Part shown: in pieces, positions 1-11,860 of the stretch | Numbering within the stretch: the first letter of the stretch is position 1 | Layout of the letters: each line of letters opens with the position of its first letter | Assembly (NCBI GenBank): GCA_963783305.1 | Contig: CAWAMW010000002.1 | Span: 672,001 to 736,000 of the forward strand | Source: an uncultured Gemmatimonadales bacterium | GTDB taxonomy: Bacteria > Gemmatimonadota > Gemmatimonadetes > Longimicrobiales > RSA9 | Reading direction: 5' to 3' | Length of the DNA stretch: 64,000 nt | Notes under the pieces: generated by a model | What the model was told of the DNA's origin: nothing | Seen by the model: only the letters and a program-made list of their open reading frames with translations | Databases searched by the model: none | Program-made: the position numbers and the translations under genes

Positions 1-1019
1 GACGGCTCCTTTATGCAGGCCGCAAACTGCTCCGGCGCCTTCTCCGCCAGCGGCGGAACCACCCGACTGCACTCCTCGTCCTTGAGCGGGTGAGGACAGC
101 GCGGGTGGAACGGGCACCCCGATGGGGGATGGATGGGGCTCGGCACATCGCCCGGGAGCACGATGCGATCCCGGTTTCGCCCGGGCTCGGGGACGGGTAT
201 CGCGGACAGGAGCGCGCGCGTGTACGGGTGCCTGGGGCGGCGGTTGATATCGGCCACAGCGCCGATCTCGACGATCCGGCCGAGGTACATGACGGCCACC
301 CGGTCGCTGACGTGCTCGACCACGCTCAGGTCGTGGGCAATGAACAGGTAGGCCAGCCCCAGCTCCGACTGGAGACGGTCGAGCAGGTTTACCACCTGCG
401 CCTGCACCGACACATCCAGTGCGCTCACCGGCTCGTCGCACACGATGAAGTCGGGCTCCACGGAGAGAGCGCGCGCGATCCCGATCCTCTGCCGCTGACC
501 GCCGCTGAACTCGTGCGGGTAGCGGTTGGCGTGCGATGGGAGGAGCCCCACACGGTCCAGGAGCTCCCGGATCCGGGCGTCCGCCGCTTCACCACGGGCC
601 AGGTCGTGGACCTTCAGGACCTCCCGCAGCGCGTCGCCCACCGTCAGACGTGGGTTCAGCGAGGCGAACGGGTCCTGGAATATGATCTGGGCCCGACGCC
701 GAAGCGCCCGCAGTTCGCCCGCGTCCATCGCGACCACGTCCTCGCCGGCGAAGCGGATCTCACCTGCGGTGGGCTCGAGCAGCCGGAGCAGCGCGCGCCC
801 CGTCGTCGACTTGCCGGAGCCCGACTCACCGACCAGTCCCAGCGTCTCCCCGGGGTCGACCCAGAAGCTCACGCCATCCACCGCCTTCACGTGCTCCGTG
901 ACCCGCGAGAAGAAGCCGGATCGGAGAGGGAAGTGCTTCTTCAGGCCCCGCACCTCCAGGAGCGCGTTCGGCGCGGGCACCTCGTCCAGGGTGCGTTCGT
1001 TCCGATCGCTCTGACTCAC
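1..1019 (-). CDS. oppF: Oligopeptide/dipeptide ABC transporter ATP-binding subunit (OppF/DppF), runs off the left edge of the window
   Basis: Not in the ORF track because it is truncated. Manual translation from GTG at 1019 gives [31 protein letters not shown]...[15 protein letters not shown] (Walker A) and a C-terminal GCPFHPRCP oligo_HPY motif. Start overlaps the oppD stop (GTGA). Confidence 0.92.
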   Translation of the reverse strand, partial: MSQSDRNERTLDEVPAPNALLEVRGLKKHFPLRSGFFSRVTEHVKAVDGVSFWVDPGETLGLVGESGSGKSTTGRALLRLLEPTAGEIRFAGEDVVAMDAGELRALRRRAQIIFQDPFASLNPRLTVGDALREVLKVHDLARGEAADARIRELLDRVGLLPSHANRYPHEFSGGQRQRIGIARALSVEPDFIVCDEPVSALDVSVQAQVVNLLDRLQSELGLAYLFIAHDLSVVEHVSDRVAVMYLGRIVEIGAVADINRRPRHPYTRALLSAIPVPEPGRNRDRIVLPGDVPSPIHPPSGCPFHPRCPHPLKDEECSRVVPPLAEKAPEQFAACIKEP

Positions 1020-2044
1020 GACGCGGCCCTCCGCACGGGCGCGAAACCTCCGCCATCGCGCTCCACCTCCTCGCGCCGCTCGGGGTGCTCCACGAGCCAG
1101 CAGCGGGCGTACTGCCGCTCGGAGGCGCGCAGCGGTTCCGGCATCTCCCGGCACACGTCCCATGCGTAGGGGCAGCGGTCGCGGAACCGGCAGCCGGAGG
1201 GCCAGTTTGTGGGGGGCGGAACGGTACCGGGGATGACCGCGAGCTCCCCCCCCGTACGGTCGGGTCGGGGCACGGCCGCAAGCAGTCCCTGCGTGTACGG
1301 ATGGGCCGGCTGCCTGAAGATGTCGTCCACCGGCCCTTCCTCCACGACCTGCCCGGCGTACATGACGACGACCCGGTCGCACACCTCCGCCACGACCCCC
1401 AGGTCGTGCGTGATGAGCATGACGCCCATGCCCATCTCCCGGCGCAGCTCGAGGAGCAGCTCCAGGATCTGGGCCTGGATCGTCACGTCCAGTGCCGTGG
1501 TGGGCTCGTCCGCGATCAGGAGGTCTGGCTCGTTGGCCAGCGCCATGGCGATCATGACCCGCTGCCGCATCCCGCCGCTCAGCTGGTGCGGGTACTCGTC
1601 CACCCGCCGCTCCGGTACCGGGATCCCCACCAGCTCCAGCAGCTCGATGGCGCGAGCCCGCGCGTCCTTCCGCCCCAGGTTCCGGTGAAGCCGCAGCGCC
1701 TCGACGATCTGCCCTCCCACCCGGAACACCGGATTCAGCGATGTCATGGGCTCCTGGAATATCATGGCGATGTCGTTGCCGCGGATCTGCCGCATCTCCT
1801 TCTCCGACAACGAGGTCAGCTCACGCCCGTCGAAGCGGATGCTGCTCCCCTCCTCGATCCGGCCGGGGTCGTCGACGAGCCCCATGATCGAGAGCGACGT
1901 CACGGACTTCCCGCACCCACTCTCCCCCACCACACCGAGGATCTCGCCGCGCTCCACCTGGAATGAAACGCCATCCACCGCCCGGGCCACACCGTCCTCG
2001 GTGTGGAAGTAGGTCCGCAGGTCCTTCACAGCGAGCAGTGACAT
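1016..2044 (-). CDS. oppD: Oligopeptide/dipeptide ABC transporter ATP-binding subunit (OppD/DppD)
   Basis: Walker A GESGCGKS, signature LSGGMRQR, Walker [13 protein letters not shown] and GCRFRDRC motifs; ATG at 2044. Confidence 0.95.
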   Translation of the reverse strand: MSLLAVKDLRTYFHTEDGVARAVDGVSFQVERGEILGVVGESGCGKSVTSLSIMGLVDDPGRIEEGSSIRFDGRELTSLSEKEMRQIRGNDIAMIFQEPMTSLNPVFRVGGQIVEALRLHRNLGRKDARARAIELLELVGIPVPERRVDEYPHQLSGGMRQRVMIAMALANEPDLLIADEPTTALDVTIQAQILELLLELRREMGMGVMLITHDLGVVAEVCDRVVVMYAGQVVEEGPVDDIFRQPAHPYTQGLLAAVPRPDRTGGELAVIPGTVPPPTNWPSGCRFRDRCPYAWDVCREMPEPLRASERQYARCWLVEHPERREEVERDGGGFAPVRRAAS

Positions 2045-2051
2045 CGGGGCC

Positions 2052-3461
2052 TCAGCTCCGGAGTCGGGGGTCGAGCGCATCCCGCAGCCCGTCGCCCACC
2101 AGGTTGAATGCGAGCACGGTGACCACGACGGCCAGCCCCGGGAACGTGGCCACCCACCAGGCGCCGATCAGGTTCTGACGCCCGTCCGCGACCAGTGTTC
2201 CCCAGCTCGGCGTGGGCGGCTGTACGCCCATCCCGAGGAAGCTGAGGCCCGCTTCCAGGACGATGGTGTTCCCGATCCCCAGTGTGGCGGCGACGATCAC
2301 CGGCGCCAGCACATTCGGCAGCAGGTGTCGCAGGATGATACGGGTCCGGCCAAAGCCCAGGGCACGGGCGGCCTGCACGTACTCCTGCTCCCGCAGGCTC
2401 AGCACCTCACCGCGTACCAGTCGTGCGGTGCCCGGCCACTGCGTCAGCCCCAGGATGAGGATGATCAGCGTGATGCTCGACTCGAAAAGCGCGATGATCA
2501 TGATCAGCAGCACGAGCCGCGGGAACGCCATCACCATGTCTGTGAACCGCATGATCACCGCGTCCACCTTCCCGCCCAGGTACCCCGCCACCGCTCCCAG
2601 AAGCGACCCCAGGACGATGGCGATCGCCACCGCGATGAAGCCGATCGCCAGGCTGATCCGCGCGCCGTAAATGATCCGACTGAGGACGTCCCGGCCGAAC
2701 TGGTCCGTGCCCATCCAGTGATCGAGACCGGGGGGCAGATAGCTCATGGTGGTGAGGTCCCCCTGCGCGATGGGGTCATAGGGCGCGATCAGCGGCGCCA
2801 GGAAGGCGATCAGGTAGAGGGCCACGACCGTCAGCAGACCCGCCAGCGCCAGCCGGTTCCGCCGGAGGTGCCGCGCGGCAATCGCCCACTGTGAGTCCCC
2901 CGCCCGCGAGGCGGAGGGCTCACCGGCGGCATGCCGGGCGGCGGTCGCCCGGGCGTCCCCCTGCGCGGCGCCACGCAGGTCCCGCATCGCGAGCAGCCAC
3001 AACCCAGCCAGGCCGATCGCCATGATGGCCACGGCCACCCAGTCGTCCAGCGAGCCGTCCGCGGTAATCGACGCGATGGCGTCCCACCCCAGCCACGCCA
3101 CACCGAGCAGCGCGCCCCACGGAAGCAGGTAGGTCAGGCCACGGAGCGGTGCACCCATCAGCAGGTGGCCCGCGCCCGGGAGCACCGCCGACAGCGCCAC
3201 CGCCGCCCCGGATGCGCCCGCGGCAGGCGCCTCGGCGGCCAGAGCTGCCCGCTCACGGGGACGGTCCGGAGCGCCTCGATCGATACCGGTCCGCTCCGGC
3301 TCCGGCAGCCGGACCGCCCCCTCGCCGTGCTCCGGAACCGCCGCACCCGCCGCTCCCGCCACGGTCTCGTGGATTGGCTCCGGCACCCCACCCTCCGGGT
3401 CGGCCGGCCGGTCCGGGCCGTGCCCATGGCTCCGATTCCGCCCCCGCTCCCGGTCAGTCAT
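2052..3461 (-). CDS. oppC: Peptide ABC transporter permease (OppC/DppC) with long N-terminal extension
   Basis: [11 protein letters not shown] motif, EAA loop [34 protein letters not shown]-terminus. Confidence 0.92.
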   Translation of the reverse strand: MTDRERGRNRSHGHGPDRPADPEGGVPEPIHETVAGAAGAAVPEHGEGAVRLPEPERTGIDRGAPDRPRERAALAAEAPAAGASGAAVALSAVLPGAGHLLMGAPLRGLTYLLPWGALLGVAWLGWDAIASITADGSLDDWVAVAIMAIGLAGLWLLAMRDLRGAAQGDARATAARHAAGEPSASRAGDSQWAIAARHLRRNRLALAGLLTVVALYLIAFLAPLIAPYDPIAQGDLTTMSYLPPGLDHWMGTDQFGRDVLSRIIYGARISLAIGFIAVAIAIVLGSLLGAVAGYLGGKVDAVIMRFTDMVMAFPRLVLLIMIIALFESSITLIILILGLTQWPGTARLVRGEVLSLREQEYVQAARALGFGRTRIILRHLLPNVLAPVIVAATLGIGNTIVLEAGLSFLGMGVQPPTPSWGTLVADGRQNLIGAWWVATFPGLAVVVTVLAFNLVGDGLRDALDPRLRS

Positions 3462-4437
3462 AGCGGATCCGCGGGTCGGCCACCGCGTAGAGGATGTCGG
3501 CCACGAGCGAGCCGATCACCACCACGAGCGCGAAGATGAAGCTGGTCGCCATGACCACCGGGTAGTCCCGCTGGAAGATGGCATCCACGATGACCCGGCC
3601 CATCCCCGGCCAGGAGAAGATCACCTCGACGAACACGCTCCCGCTGAAGAGCAGCGGGAGGTAGAGCCCGAGGAGTGTGATGATGGGCAGCAGAGAGTTC
3701 CGCAGCGCGTGCTTCAGCACCACCGTGCGACCCGGCAGCCCCTTGGCGCGCGCGGTCCGGATGTAGTCCTGATGGATCACTTCGAGCATCTGACCGCGGG
3801 TGTAGCGGGCGATGCCGGCGGACATGACGAGTGTGAGCGTCAGGACCGGGAGCACGAGGTGGACCAGTCGGTCCACAACCTGCTGGCCGAAGCTCAGGTA
3901 CTCGTAGTCCACACTGGTCATCCCCGTGGGCGGCAGCGCGAAGGGCAGCCCCCACTCGTGCGCCTTGAGGGAGAAGAGCAACATGAGCATCAGGCCGAGC
4001 CAGAAGCTGGGCATCGAGTAGAAGAAGAGCGAAGTGACGCTCAGAATGCGGTCCGCCGCCCGGTGCTGCCGGACCGCCTGGAAGATCCCGGTGGACACTC
4101 CGATCAGGAAGATCAGGATCAGCGTGGAGCCGGCCAGCATGAGCGTGGGCGGCAGGGTCTCCAGGATGATGTCCACGACCGGCCTGCTCTGGGCGAACGA
4201 GTAGCCGAAATCGCCGGTGAAGAACGCCGTCAGCCACTTCCAGTACCGGATGTGCAACGGCTGGTCGAGCCCGAAATTCGCCCGGATCTGGTCCAGCACC
4301 TCGGGCGGCACGTTCTGGTTCGCGAACAGCGCCGTGGGATCGCCCGGGGCCAGGTTGACGACGAAGAAGATGGTGGTGGCGATCCCCAGTATGAGGGGGA
4401 CCGCCCCCAGGCTCCGGCGCAGGACGTACGAAAACAC
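3454..4437 (-). CDS. oppB: Peptide ABC transporter permease (OppB/DppB)
   Basis: PGDP, GLDQP..RY, GDFGYS, QDYIRTARAKG, RDYPVV, DPRIR motifs. Confidence 0.95.
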   Translation of the reverse strand: MFSYVLRRSLGAVPLILGIATTIFFVVNLAPGDPTALFANQNVPPEVLDQIRANFGLDQPLHIRYWKWLTAFFTGDFGYSFAQSRPVVDIILETLPPTLMLAGSTLILIFLIGVSTGIFQAVRQHRAADRILSVTSLFFYSMPSFWLGLMLMLLFSLKAHEWGLPFALPPTGMTSVDYEYLSFGQQVVDRLVHLVLPVLTLTLVMSAGIARYTRGQMLEVIHQDYIRTARAKGLPGRTVVLKHALRNSLLPIITLLGLYLPLLFSGSVFVEVIFSWPGMGRVIVDAIFQRDYPVVMATSFIFALVVVIGSLVADILYAVADPRIRYD

Positions 4438-4457
4438 GCCTCAGTTCCGCCGGACGC

Positions 4458-6068
4458 TCATCGCACCGACCAGTCGGCGATGCTGGAGAACTCGCCCCGC
4501 TGGTCCATGGACACACCGCTCACCTCGTGGCTGGACGCCGCGATCTCGTCCGCCCAGAACATGAACGTGAACGGCTGCTCCTGCTGAAGCGCCTGGGTGA
4601 ACTGGCGCCAGACCTGACGGGCCCCCTCCGCGTCCGTGGCGGCCGCGCCCTGCTCGATCAGGCGGTCCAGCGTCTCGCTCCGCACCCCACTGCGGTTGGC
4701 CGACTGTTCGACGTCGGCCTGGCTCGAGTGGAAGAGCGACTGCGGTGCGGACGCCATCTGGAAGTTGTCCAGCACCCAGTTGCTCAGCACGGCATCGAAA
4801 TCCCGGTTCTTGTGCTGCGCCAGCATGGTCTGGAACTCCAGCGCCTGCAGCTCGACGTCGGCGCCCACCTCGCGCAGCTGGCTCTGCACTACCTGAAGGA
4901 TGGCGCGGTTCATGGGCTGCTGGCCCGCGAGCAGTGTGAACGCCAGACGCCGCCCGTCCTTCTCCCGCACCCCGTCGCCGTCCGCGTCCGTCCAGCCGGC
5001 CTGCTCCAGCAGCTGCCGCGCCCGCTCCGGGTCATAGCTCAGCGGCTCGATCCCGTCCGGGTGGTACGGGTGCCATGGCGGCACCGTGCTGGTCGCCACG
5101 GAGCCGTATCCCTTCAGCTGCGCGTCGATGATCTCCTGCCGGTTGACGGCATGCGTCATCGCGCGGCGAACCCGCGCGTCGTCGAAAGGGGGCCGCTCAT
5201 TGTTCCAGCCGAGGTAGAAGAGCTTGGTCCCGCTGAACGCGTGCAGCTCCAGACTCTCGCTGCTCTCGATCCGCTCGATCTGGTCCGGCTGCAGCGGGAG
5301 GTCGATATGGATCCCGCCGGTGACGAGCTCCGTCAGCAGCGTCGCCGGCTCCGGCACCACCCGGAACACCACGCGTTCCGCCGCCGGGGGACCCCCCAGA
5401 GACGCGGGGAACCGGGCGTTCCGCTCCAGCACCAGCCGGTCGTTCGCCCGCCACTCCACGAACCGGAACGGCCCGCTTCCTACGGGCTCCCGGTTGAACG
5501 GCGCGTTCGCCATCTCCGCCGCTGGCACTCCTTCGAGCAGGTGCTTGGGAACGGGGGCCCACCAGAAGTCCTCGATGGCCTGCGCGTGCGGCACGGTGAA
5601 CCGGAACGTAATGGTCCGCGGATCCTCTACCTCCGCGGATTCCACGGAGCCGAGGTACGCGGACCCGATGAGCGATCCGGTCTCCGGCGTCTTGGCCATA
5701 TCGAAGGTGAACTTCACGTCCTCGGACGTGACCGGCTCCCCATCGTGCCACAGGACGTCCGGGCGCAGCGTGAACGTGACCGCGGTGTCGCCGTGCATCT
5801 CCCAGGACTCCGCCAGGTACGGCTGGGGCTCCAGGTCGGCGCTGTACTGGATGAGCGGAGTGAACAGCGCGTACTTGAGGAGCTGGTCCGTGTCTATGCT
5901 GCTGTTCGTGATGGGGTTGAAGCCGCTGAAGTCGGTGGCCGTGCCTACGATCACCGTGCCGCCCTCCCCACTCCCTCCACCGCCGCCATCACCGCCCCCG
6001 CAGGCGGCCAGGCCCACCACGGCCAGGACCGTTCCGAGCCACGCCATCGCTGCCTTCGCTCCGCTCAT
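4458..6068 (-). CDS. oppA: Peptide ABC transporter substrate-binding lipoprotein (SBP family 5)
   Basis: Lipobox LAAC, WHDGEPVTSEDVKFT, PVGSGPF, PPFDDARVRRA motifs; heads the opp operon; ATG at 6068 overlaps the upstream GTG. Confidence 0.92.
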   Translation of the reverse strand: MSGAKAAMAWLGTVLAVVGLAACGGGDGGGGGSGEGGTVIVGTATDFSGFNPITNSSIDTDQLLKYALFTPLIQYSADLEPQPYLAESWEMHGDTAVTFTLRPDVLWHDGEPVTSEDVKFTFDMAKTPETGSLIGSAYLGSVESAEVEDPRTITFRFTVPHAQAIEDFWWAPVPKHLLEGVPAAEMANAPFNREPVGSGPFRFVEWRANDRLVLERNARFPASLGGPPAAERVVFRVVPEPATLLTELVTGGIHIDLPLQPDQIERIESSESLELHAFSGTKLFYLGWNNERPPFDDARVRRAMTHAVNRQEIIDAQLKGYGSVATSTVPPWHPYHPDGIEPLSYDPERARQLLEQAGWTDADGDGVREKDGRRLAFTLLAGQQPMNRAILQVVQSQLREVGADVELQALEFQTMLAQHKNRDFDAVLSNWVLDNFQMASAPQSLFHSSQADVEQSANRSGVRSETLDRLIEQGAAATDAEGARQVWRQFTQALQQEQPFTFMFWADEIAASSHEVSGVSMDQRGEFSSIADWSVR

Positions 6069-6087
6069 CACCCCTCGCTCTCCCGGT

Positions 6088-6954
6088 TCAGCGGCGCCAC
6101 GTCCACTCCTCGGACGCGAACCTTCTCCATGACTCCCGCGCGCCCGCGCTCTCCCCCGAGTCCAGCGGTGCAGGGGCAAGAGGAGTGCCGAACGCGGTCT
6201 GGAAACTGGCGATCAGCGCCTCGATCAGCGCCTCGAGGTCAGGTCGGAACCCCAGCTCCCGCTCCACCGTGGTCCACCCCTCCTCCACCCCCGGAGGGGC
6301 CGCCGGCCGATCCAGCAGCAGCTCCTCCGCCGGCGCCTGGCTCCCGCCCAGCAAGATGGAGCCGTGCTGCAGGATCGTCCGCTCCTGCGTCCGCTGCGCG
6401 CTCCCCACCAGCTTCCGCCCCGCGACCACCACCTCGCCGGTCTCCGGCCGCCGGAAACACGCGTCGGTCCACGACTTCCGGTCACCCCCCGCGCCCGTGC
6501 GCAACGCCGCCACGCCGCCCGCGCCCGCCACCTGTGCCGTCAGGCCGAGCCCCTCGAGGGCCGCGACCAGCGCGCCGTTGATCCGGCGGTACGCGGCACG
6601 GGGCTTCCCCACCACCGCCACCGGCGCCACCACGGCGTAGGTGAGTTCATCATCATGGAGGACCGCCTGTCCGCCGGTGGGACGGCGCACGAAGTCGATG
6701 CCGCGGCGGGCGGCCTCCACCGGATCGTAGAGGCCGCGCGCCGGCTGGTTGCGGCCGAAGGAGAGGGTGGCCGGGGACCAGCGATAGAGCCGGAGCACCG
6801 GTGCGGCACCACCACAGACGGCATCCAGGAGCGCCTGGTCGAGCGCCATGTTGGTGGCGCCATCCCGGGGCCCCTCGGTCACGCCGTCGCCGAGAACGAG
6901 CCGCCATGGAACGCTCTCCCGGGCGGGTGGGCGCGGCTTCGGTATGGAGTCCAT
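6088..6954 (-). CDS. Lipoate-protein ligase A / LipM-like octanoyltransferase family protein
   Basis: NMALDQALL, LRLYRW.PATLSFG, VRRPTGGQAVLHDDELTY, RKLVGSAQ, LQHGSI motifs; immediately downstream of gcvP. Confidence 0.9.
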   Translation of the reverse strand: MDSIPKPRPPARESVPWRLVLGDGVTEGPRDGATNMALDQALLDAVCGGAAPVLRLYRWSPATLSFGRNQPARGLYDPVEAARRGIDFVRRPTGGQAVLHDDELTYAVVAPVAVVGKPRAAYRRINGALVAALEGLGLTAQVAGAGGVAALRTGAGGDRKSWTDACFRRPETGEVVVAGRKLVGSAQRTQERTILQHGSILLGGSQAPAEELLLDRPAAPPGVEEGWTTVERELGFRPDLEALIEALIASFQTAFGTPLAPAPLDSGESAGARESWRRFASEEWTWRR

Positions 6955-7106
6955 GCTGTGGATTCCTCGGTCTCGGCTGCCGTCAACGGTGGTGGACGGC
7001 CTCAAGGTACCATATCGGGCCGCCCCCGCCATCGGGAGGCATCGAGAAAACGGCGCCCGCCCGGTTACCGGGGCGAGCGCCGTCGCGACCGCTGGGCGGC
7101 CTGGTC

Positions 7107-10031
7107 CTACACGCCGGCGGTCTCGCGCTGCTCCTCGTACTCCGCCACCGGTGGGCACGAACAGACGAGGTTGCGGTCACCGTGCGCGGAGTTTATCCGG
7201 CCCACGAACGGCCAGAACTTCTGCTCGCGCGTGGGCTCCGGGAACGCCGCCAGCTGCCGGGAGTACGGCCGGTCCCAGTCGTCGCTGACCACCACATCCA
7301 CCGTGTGCGGAGCGTGGCTCAGCGGGTTGTCGCCCTCCTGCCACTCCCCGCTCTCGATCTTCCGGATCTCGTTCCGGATGGCAATCATCACCTCGCAGAA
7401 CTGGTCGAGCTCCCGCTTCGACTCGCTCTCCGTGGGCTCGATCATGAGCGTTCCCGCCACGGGGAAGCTGACCGTGGGAGCATGGAACCCGTAGTCCATG
7501 AGGCGCTTCGAGATGTCGATGGCGTCCACACCGGTATCCGCCTTCAGCGGCCGGGGATCCACGATGCACTCGTGGGCGACCGTCCCGCCACGACCCTTGT
7601 ACAGCACCTCGAACTGCCCCTCCAGCCGCTTGGCCACGTAGTTCGCGTTCAGGATCGCCACCTTCGTCGACCGGGTGACACCCTCCGCCCCCAGCATCCG
7701 GATGTACATCCAGCTGATCGGCAGGATCGACGGGCTGCCGAACGGCGCCGCGCTCACCGCACCGATCCCCTGCTCGCCTCCCGTCTCCACCAGCGCGTGC
7801 GTCGGGAGGAAGGGCGCCAGGTGCTCCGCCACGCCGATGGGGCCCATGCCCGGACCGCCGCCGCCGTGCGGGATCGCGAACGTCTTGTGCAGGTTGAGGT
7901 GCGACACGTCGCCGCCCCAGTCCCCCGGCCGGCTCACCCCCACCATGGCGTTCATGTTGGCGCCATCGATGTACACCTGACCGCCGGCCTCGTGGACGAT
8001 CCGGCAGATGTCGCGGATCGACTCCTCGAAGATCCCGTGCGTGGACGGGTACGTCACCATGATCGCGCCCAGCCGGTCGCGGTACTGCTCCGTCTTTGCG
8101 CGCAGATCGTCCACATCGATGTTGCCGTTCTCATCGCTCCGCACCACGACGACGTTCATCCCGGCCATCACGGCGCTCGCGGGGTTCGTCCCGTGCGCCG
8201 ACTGCGGGATGAGACACACGTCACGGTGCGACTCTCCCCGGGCCTCGTGGTAGCCGCGGATCACCAGCAGGCCCGTGAGCTCGCCCTGGCTCCCGGCGTT
8301 CGGCATCATGCTCACCGCGTGGAATCCCGTGATCTCCGCGAGCCACCGCTCCAGCTGCTCGATCATCGCCCGGTACCCCGCAGCCTGGTCCGCCGGGGCG
8401 AACGGGTGCATTGCGCCGATCTTACGCCACGTCACCGGGTACATCTCGGCCGTGGCGTTCAGCTTCAGCGTGCACGACCCCAGCGGGATCATGGACCCCG
8501 TGAGCGACAGGTCCCGGTTCTCCAGACGCTTCAGGTACCGCAGCATCTCGTGCTCGGCATGGAAGCGGTTGAACACCGGGTGCGTCAGGTACTCGCTCTC
8601 CCGGCGGAACGGCGCGTCGAACGACGGGTGCGCGTCCCGGTCCGCGTCCGTGATCCACCCCTCCACGGTCGCCCGATCCGGCGCGTCCCGCATCCCGGCG
8701 GCAAAGACCGCCACCAGGTCGGCCAGGTCGTGCCGCGTGACCGTCTCGTCCAGCGCCACACCCAGCGTGAACTCGTCCAGCACCCGCAGGTTGATCTCCG
8801 CCTCGTGCGCCGCCTTCAGAATCGCGTCCACACCGCCCTCCCCGACCTCCACGCGGAGCGTGTCGAAATACGGCTTGTGCACGATCGTGTGCCCCAGCTC
8901 CTCCAGCGACCGCGCCAGCGCGTGCGTCAGTCGATGCACCCGCCCCGCGATTCTCCGGATCCCCTCCGGGCCGTGGTAGACCGCGTACATCCCCGCGATC
9001 ACCGCCAGCAGGACCTGCGCGGTGCACACGTTGCTGGTCGCCTTCTCCCGCCGGATGTGCTGCTCCCGCGTCTGGAGCGCCATGTAGTAGGCGTCCTCGC
9101 CCCGCGCGTCCTTGGAAACGCCAATGATCCGGCCGGGCATCTGCCGCTTGTACGCGTCGCTGGTGGCGAAGTACGCCGCATGCGGACCCCCGTAGCCCAT
9201 GGGCACACCGAACCGCTGGGTGCTCCCCACCGCCACGTCGGCGCCCCATTCACCCGGGGGCGACAGCAGCGCCAGCGAGAGCAGGTCGGCCGCCACCACC
9301 ACCAGCGCGCCCGCCTCGTGCGCCGCGGCCACCACGTCGCGGTAGTCGTGGAGCGCGCCATCGCTGGCGGGGTACTGGAGCAGGACGCCGAAGACGTCGT
9401 CGTCGAAATCGAGCTCGCGGTGATCGCCCACCACGATCTGCCAGCCGCGGCTCTTCGCCCGCGTCCGCACGACGTCGATCGTCTGCGGGTGCGTGCCCTC
9501 CGCCACCAGGAACTTGCTCCGCTTCCCCTTCGCCGCGGACTGGCAGAGCGCCATTGCCTCGGCCGCCGCGGTGGCCTCGTCCAGAAGCGAGGCGTTCGCG
9601 ATCTGCAGCCCCGTCAGGTCCATGACCATGGTCTGGAACGTGAGCAGCGCCTCCAGCCGGCCCTGGCTGATCTCCGCCTGATACGGCGTGTACGCCGTGT
9701 ACCAGCCCGGGTTCTCCAGGATGTTCCGCTGGATCACCGGCGGCGTGATGGTACCGTGGTACCCCATCCCCAGGTACGACCGGAAGACACGGTTCCTCGA
9801 CACCAGCTCCCGCAGCTCGGTCAGCGCCTCGTGCTCGCTCGCCGGGGCCGGAAGCTCCAGCGCCCGGTCGAGACGGATCGCCGCCGGCACCGCCGTATCG
9901 ATCAGCGCGTCCAGCGAGTCGTACCCCACCGTCTCCAGCATCTCCTGCACCTCGGCCTCGGAAGGGCCAATGTGACGGTTCACGAACAGGTCTGTTCGGG
10001 CCAGCGAATGACGTCTATCGGTAACGGACAT
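7107..10031 (-). CDS. gcvP: Glycine dehydrogenase (decarboxylating), single-chain P protein
   Basis: 974 aa; [32 protein letters not shown] lysine motif [23 protein letters not shown]. Confidence 0.98.
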   Translation of the reverse strand: MSVTDRRHSLARTDLFVNRHIGPSEAEVQEMLETVGYDSLDALIDTAVPAAIRLDRALELPAPASEHEALTELRELVSRNRVFRSYLGMGYHGTITPPVIQRNILENPGWYTAYTPYQAEISQGRLEALLTFQTMVMDLTGLQIANASLLDEATAAAEAMALCQSAAKGKRSKFLVAEGTHPQTIDVVRTRAKSRGWQIVVGDHRELDFDDDVFGVLLQYPASDGALHDYRDVVAAAHEAGALVVVAADLLSLALLSPPGEWGADVAVGSTQRFGVPMGYGGPHAAYFATSDAYKRQMPGRIIGVSKDARGEDAYYMALQTREQHIRREKATSNVCTAQVLLAVIAGMYAVYHGPEGIRRIAGRVHRLTHALARSLEELGHTIVHKPYFDTLRVEVGEGGVDAILKAAHEAEINLRVLDEFTLGVALDETVTRHDLADLVAVFAAGMRDAPDRATVEGWITDADRDAHPSFDAPFRRESEYLTHPVFNRFHAEHEMLRYLKRLENRDLSLTGSMIPLGSCTLKLNATAEMYPVTWRKIGAMHPFAPADQAAGYRAMIEQLERWLAEITGFHAVSMMPNAGSQGELTGLLVIRGYHEARGESHRDVCLIPQSAHGTNPASAVMAGMNVVVVRSDENGNIDVDDLRAKTEQYRDRLGAIMVTYPSTHGIFEESIRDICRIVHEAGGQVYIDGANMNAMVGVSRPGDWGGDVSHLNLHKTFAIPHGGGGPGMGPIGVAEHLAPFLPTHALVETGGEQGIGAVSAAPFGSPSILPISWMYIRMLGAEGVTRSTKVAILNANYVAKRLEGQFEVLYKGRGGTVAHECIVDPRPLKADTGVDAIDISKRLMDYGFHAPTVSFPVAGTLMIEPTESESKRELDQFCEVMIAIRNEIRKIESGEWQEGDNPLSHAPHTVDVVVSDDWDRPYSRQLAAFPEPTREQKFWPFVGRINSAHGDRNLVCSCPPVAEYEEQRETAGV

Positions 10032-10229
10032 GGTTCCCGCTTCTCTTCACGTGAATGCTGCCATCCGCCCCCGGACGGCAGAGCACTGGATGATACACCG
10101 GGAACGAGAGCGGAGAAAGTCGGGAAGGCCCCCACAGCGACTACCGAGAGGGGCCGTCCGGCGGCCCGGCCACCGGGCCTTCGGATCCCGCGACTGGTGC
10201 GCCGTCCGCCACCCCTCCATCTTCCCGGC

Positions 10230-10709
10230 ATGTCCACCCCCTCCGCGCGACTCCGCGACGCCTGGCGACACCTCTCCCGCATCCCCGGCGGCCGCCGCCT
10301 GTTCGATCGGCTCCTTGCCTGGATGGTGCCCTACTCCGGCTCGGTCCGCCCGCGGGTCCTGGAGCTGGAGCCGGGCCGCGCAGTGGTCTCGATCCGGGAG
10401 CGACGCCGGCTCCGGAACCACCTGCACAGCGTCCACGCCATCGCCCTCGCCAATCTGGCCGAGCTCGCCAGTGGCCTGGCCATGACGCTCGCGCTGCCCC
10501 CGGAAGTCCGTGGCATCCCGGTCGGGATCCGGATCGACTACGTCAAGAAGGCGCGCGGCACCATTGTCGCCCACGGGCACGCGTCGCCGCCCGCCGCCAT
10601 ACCCGCCGCGAGCGAGGCCGACGCGACGGCCGAGCTGCGCGACGAGGCCGGCGAGGTGGTGGCCACCGCCGTGGTCACGTGGAAGCTCGCGCCGATCGAG
10701 GAGACCTGA
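10230..10709 (+). CDS. Hotdog-fold thioesterase-like protein (DUF4442/PaaI-like)
   Basis: C-terminal 159 aa of shadow ORF 6801..10709, from ATG at 10230; VPYSGSV, RNHLHSVHAIALANLAE, IDYVKKARG motifs. Confidence 0.85.
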   Translation: MSTPSARLRDAWRHLSRIPGGRRLFDRLLAWMVPYSGSVRPRVLELEPGRAVVSIRERRRLRNHLHSVHAIALANLAELASGLAMTLALPPEVRGIPVGIRIDYVKKARGTIVAHGHASPPAAIPAASEADATAELRDEAGEVVATAVVTWKLAPIEET

Positions 10710-10773
10710 GAATGCGCAACGCACGACCCCGTCCTGCCCCCTTCCGAACCGTCTCCCCCACCCCGGTGCAGCC

Positions 10774-11754
10774 GTGGACCTGAACACCGCGCTTACCGAG
10801 GCCGCCGGCATCGAGGTTCCCATGATCGCGGGCGCCATGTACCCGTGCTCGAACCCGGAGCTGGTCGCCGCCGCGAGTGAGGCCGGCGCCATCGGCATCG
10901 TGCAGCCCGTCTCCCTCACGTTCGTTCACGGCTACGACTTCCGAGAAGGCCTCCGCTTCATCCGGAGCCTGACGTCGAAGCCCATCGGGATGAACGCATT
11001 GATCGAGTCGTCGTCCCGGGCGTACGAGAAGCGGATGGAGCAGTGGGTGGAGATCGCGCTGGAGGAGGGCGTGCGCTTCTTCGTCACGAGCCTCGGAAAG
11101 CCGCGCTGGGTCGTGGACCGGGTCGAGCCGCACGGCGGGGTGGTGTACCACGATGTCACGGAGCGGAAGTGGGCGCTGAAGGGGCTGGAGAGCGGCGCGC
11201 ACGGGCTGATCGCGGTCAACCGTCGCGCGGGCGGACACGCGGGGCCGCGCTCCCCGGAGGAGCTCATGGATGAGCTCGGTGATCTCGGCGTTCCCCTGGT
11301 GTGCGCCGGCGGGATCGGTACGCCCACCGATTTCGTTCACGCCATGCGGCTCGGGTACGCCGGTGTCCAGATGGGCACCCGGTTCATCGCCACCACCGAG
11401 TGCACGGCGAGCCAGCCGTACAAGCAGGCCATCCTCGACAGCGAGGAGGACGACATCGTGCTGACCGAGCGCGTCACAGGTGTTCCGCTGGCGGTCATCG
11501 AGACCCCCTACACACGGCGGCTGGGACAGCGCGCGGGGCCGCTCGCCCGCTGGATGCTGCGTGGCCGGCGGCGGAAGAAGCTCATGCGGACGATTTACGC
11601 CCTCTGGTCCGGCTGGAAGATCAAGCGGTCTTCGTTCGATGAGAGCGGGAAACGCGATTTCTGGCAGGCCGGCCGGAGTGTGGCCGGCATCGACCATGTT
11701 CGGCCGGTGGACGAGGTCGTGGCGGAGTTCGCGGAAGCGCTGCGGTCGGCATAG
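10774..11754 (+). CDS. Nitronate monooxygenase / FabK-like flavin oxidoreductase
   Basis: PMIAGAM, AGGHAG, VCAGGI, GVQMGTRF motifs; GTG start at 10774. Confidence 0.9.
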   Translation: MDLNTALTEAAGIEVPMIAGAMYPCSNPELVAAASEAGAIGIVQPVSLTFVHGYDFREGLRFIRSLTSKPIGMNALIESSSRAYEKRMEQWVEIALEEGVRFFVTSLGKPRWVVDRVEPHGGVVYHDVTERKWALKGLESGAHGLIAVNRRAGGHAGPRSPEELMDELGDLGVPLVCAGGIGTPTDFVHAMRLGYAGVQMGTRFIATTECTASQPYKQAILDSEEDDIVLTERVTGVPLAVIETPYTRRLGQRAGPLARWMLRGRRRKKLMRTIYALWSGWKIKRSSFDESGKRDFWQAGRSVAGIDHVRPVDEVVAEFAEALRSA

Positions 11755-11786
11755 CGGGCGGCGGCGAACGGTCGCTGCCGCTCCCT

Positions 11787-11860
11787 GTCGATCGCGTCGC
11801 TTCGCTCGCTGGTCGATCGCTTCGGCCTGCCGCCTCGCTGGTCGATCTCCGCTGCGCTCC
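11787..11860. repeat. Intergenic short direct repeats (CTCGCTGGTCGATC x2; GTCGATC x3), REP-like
   Basis: 14-mer at 11805-11818 and 11834-11847, GTCGATC also at 11787; lies between convergent genes. Confidence 0.5.

Noticed and set aside
6801..10229. 1302-aa plus-strand ORF
   Set aside because: Antisense shadow of gcvP caused by high-GC codon bias; only the last 159 codons (hotdog protein) look real.
10032..10229. Glycine riboswitch upstream of gcvP
   Set aside because: Scattered GGAGG, CCGAAG and CTCTCGG words occur on the minus strand, but the spacing and stems do not fit the aptamer. An Rfam scan would be decisive.
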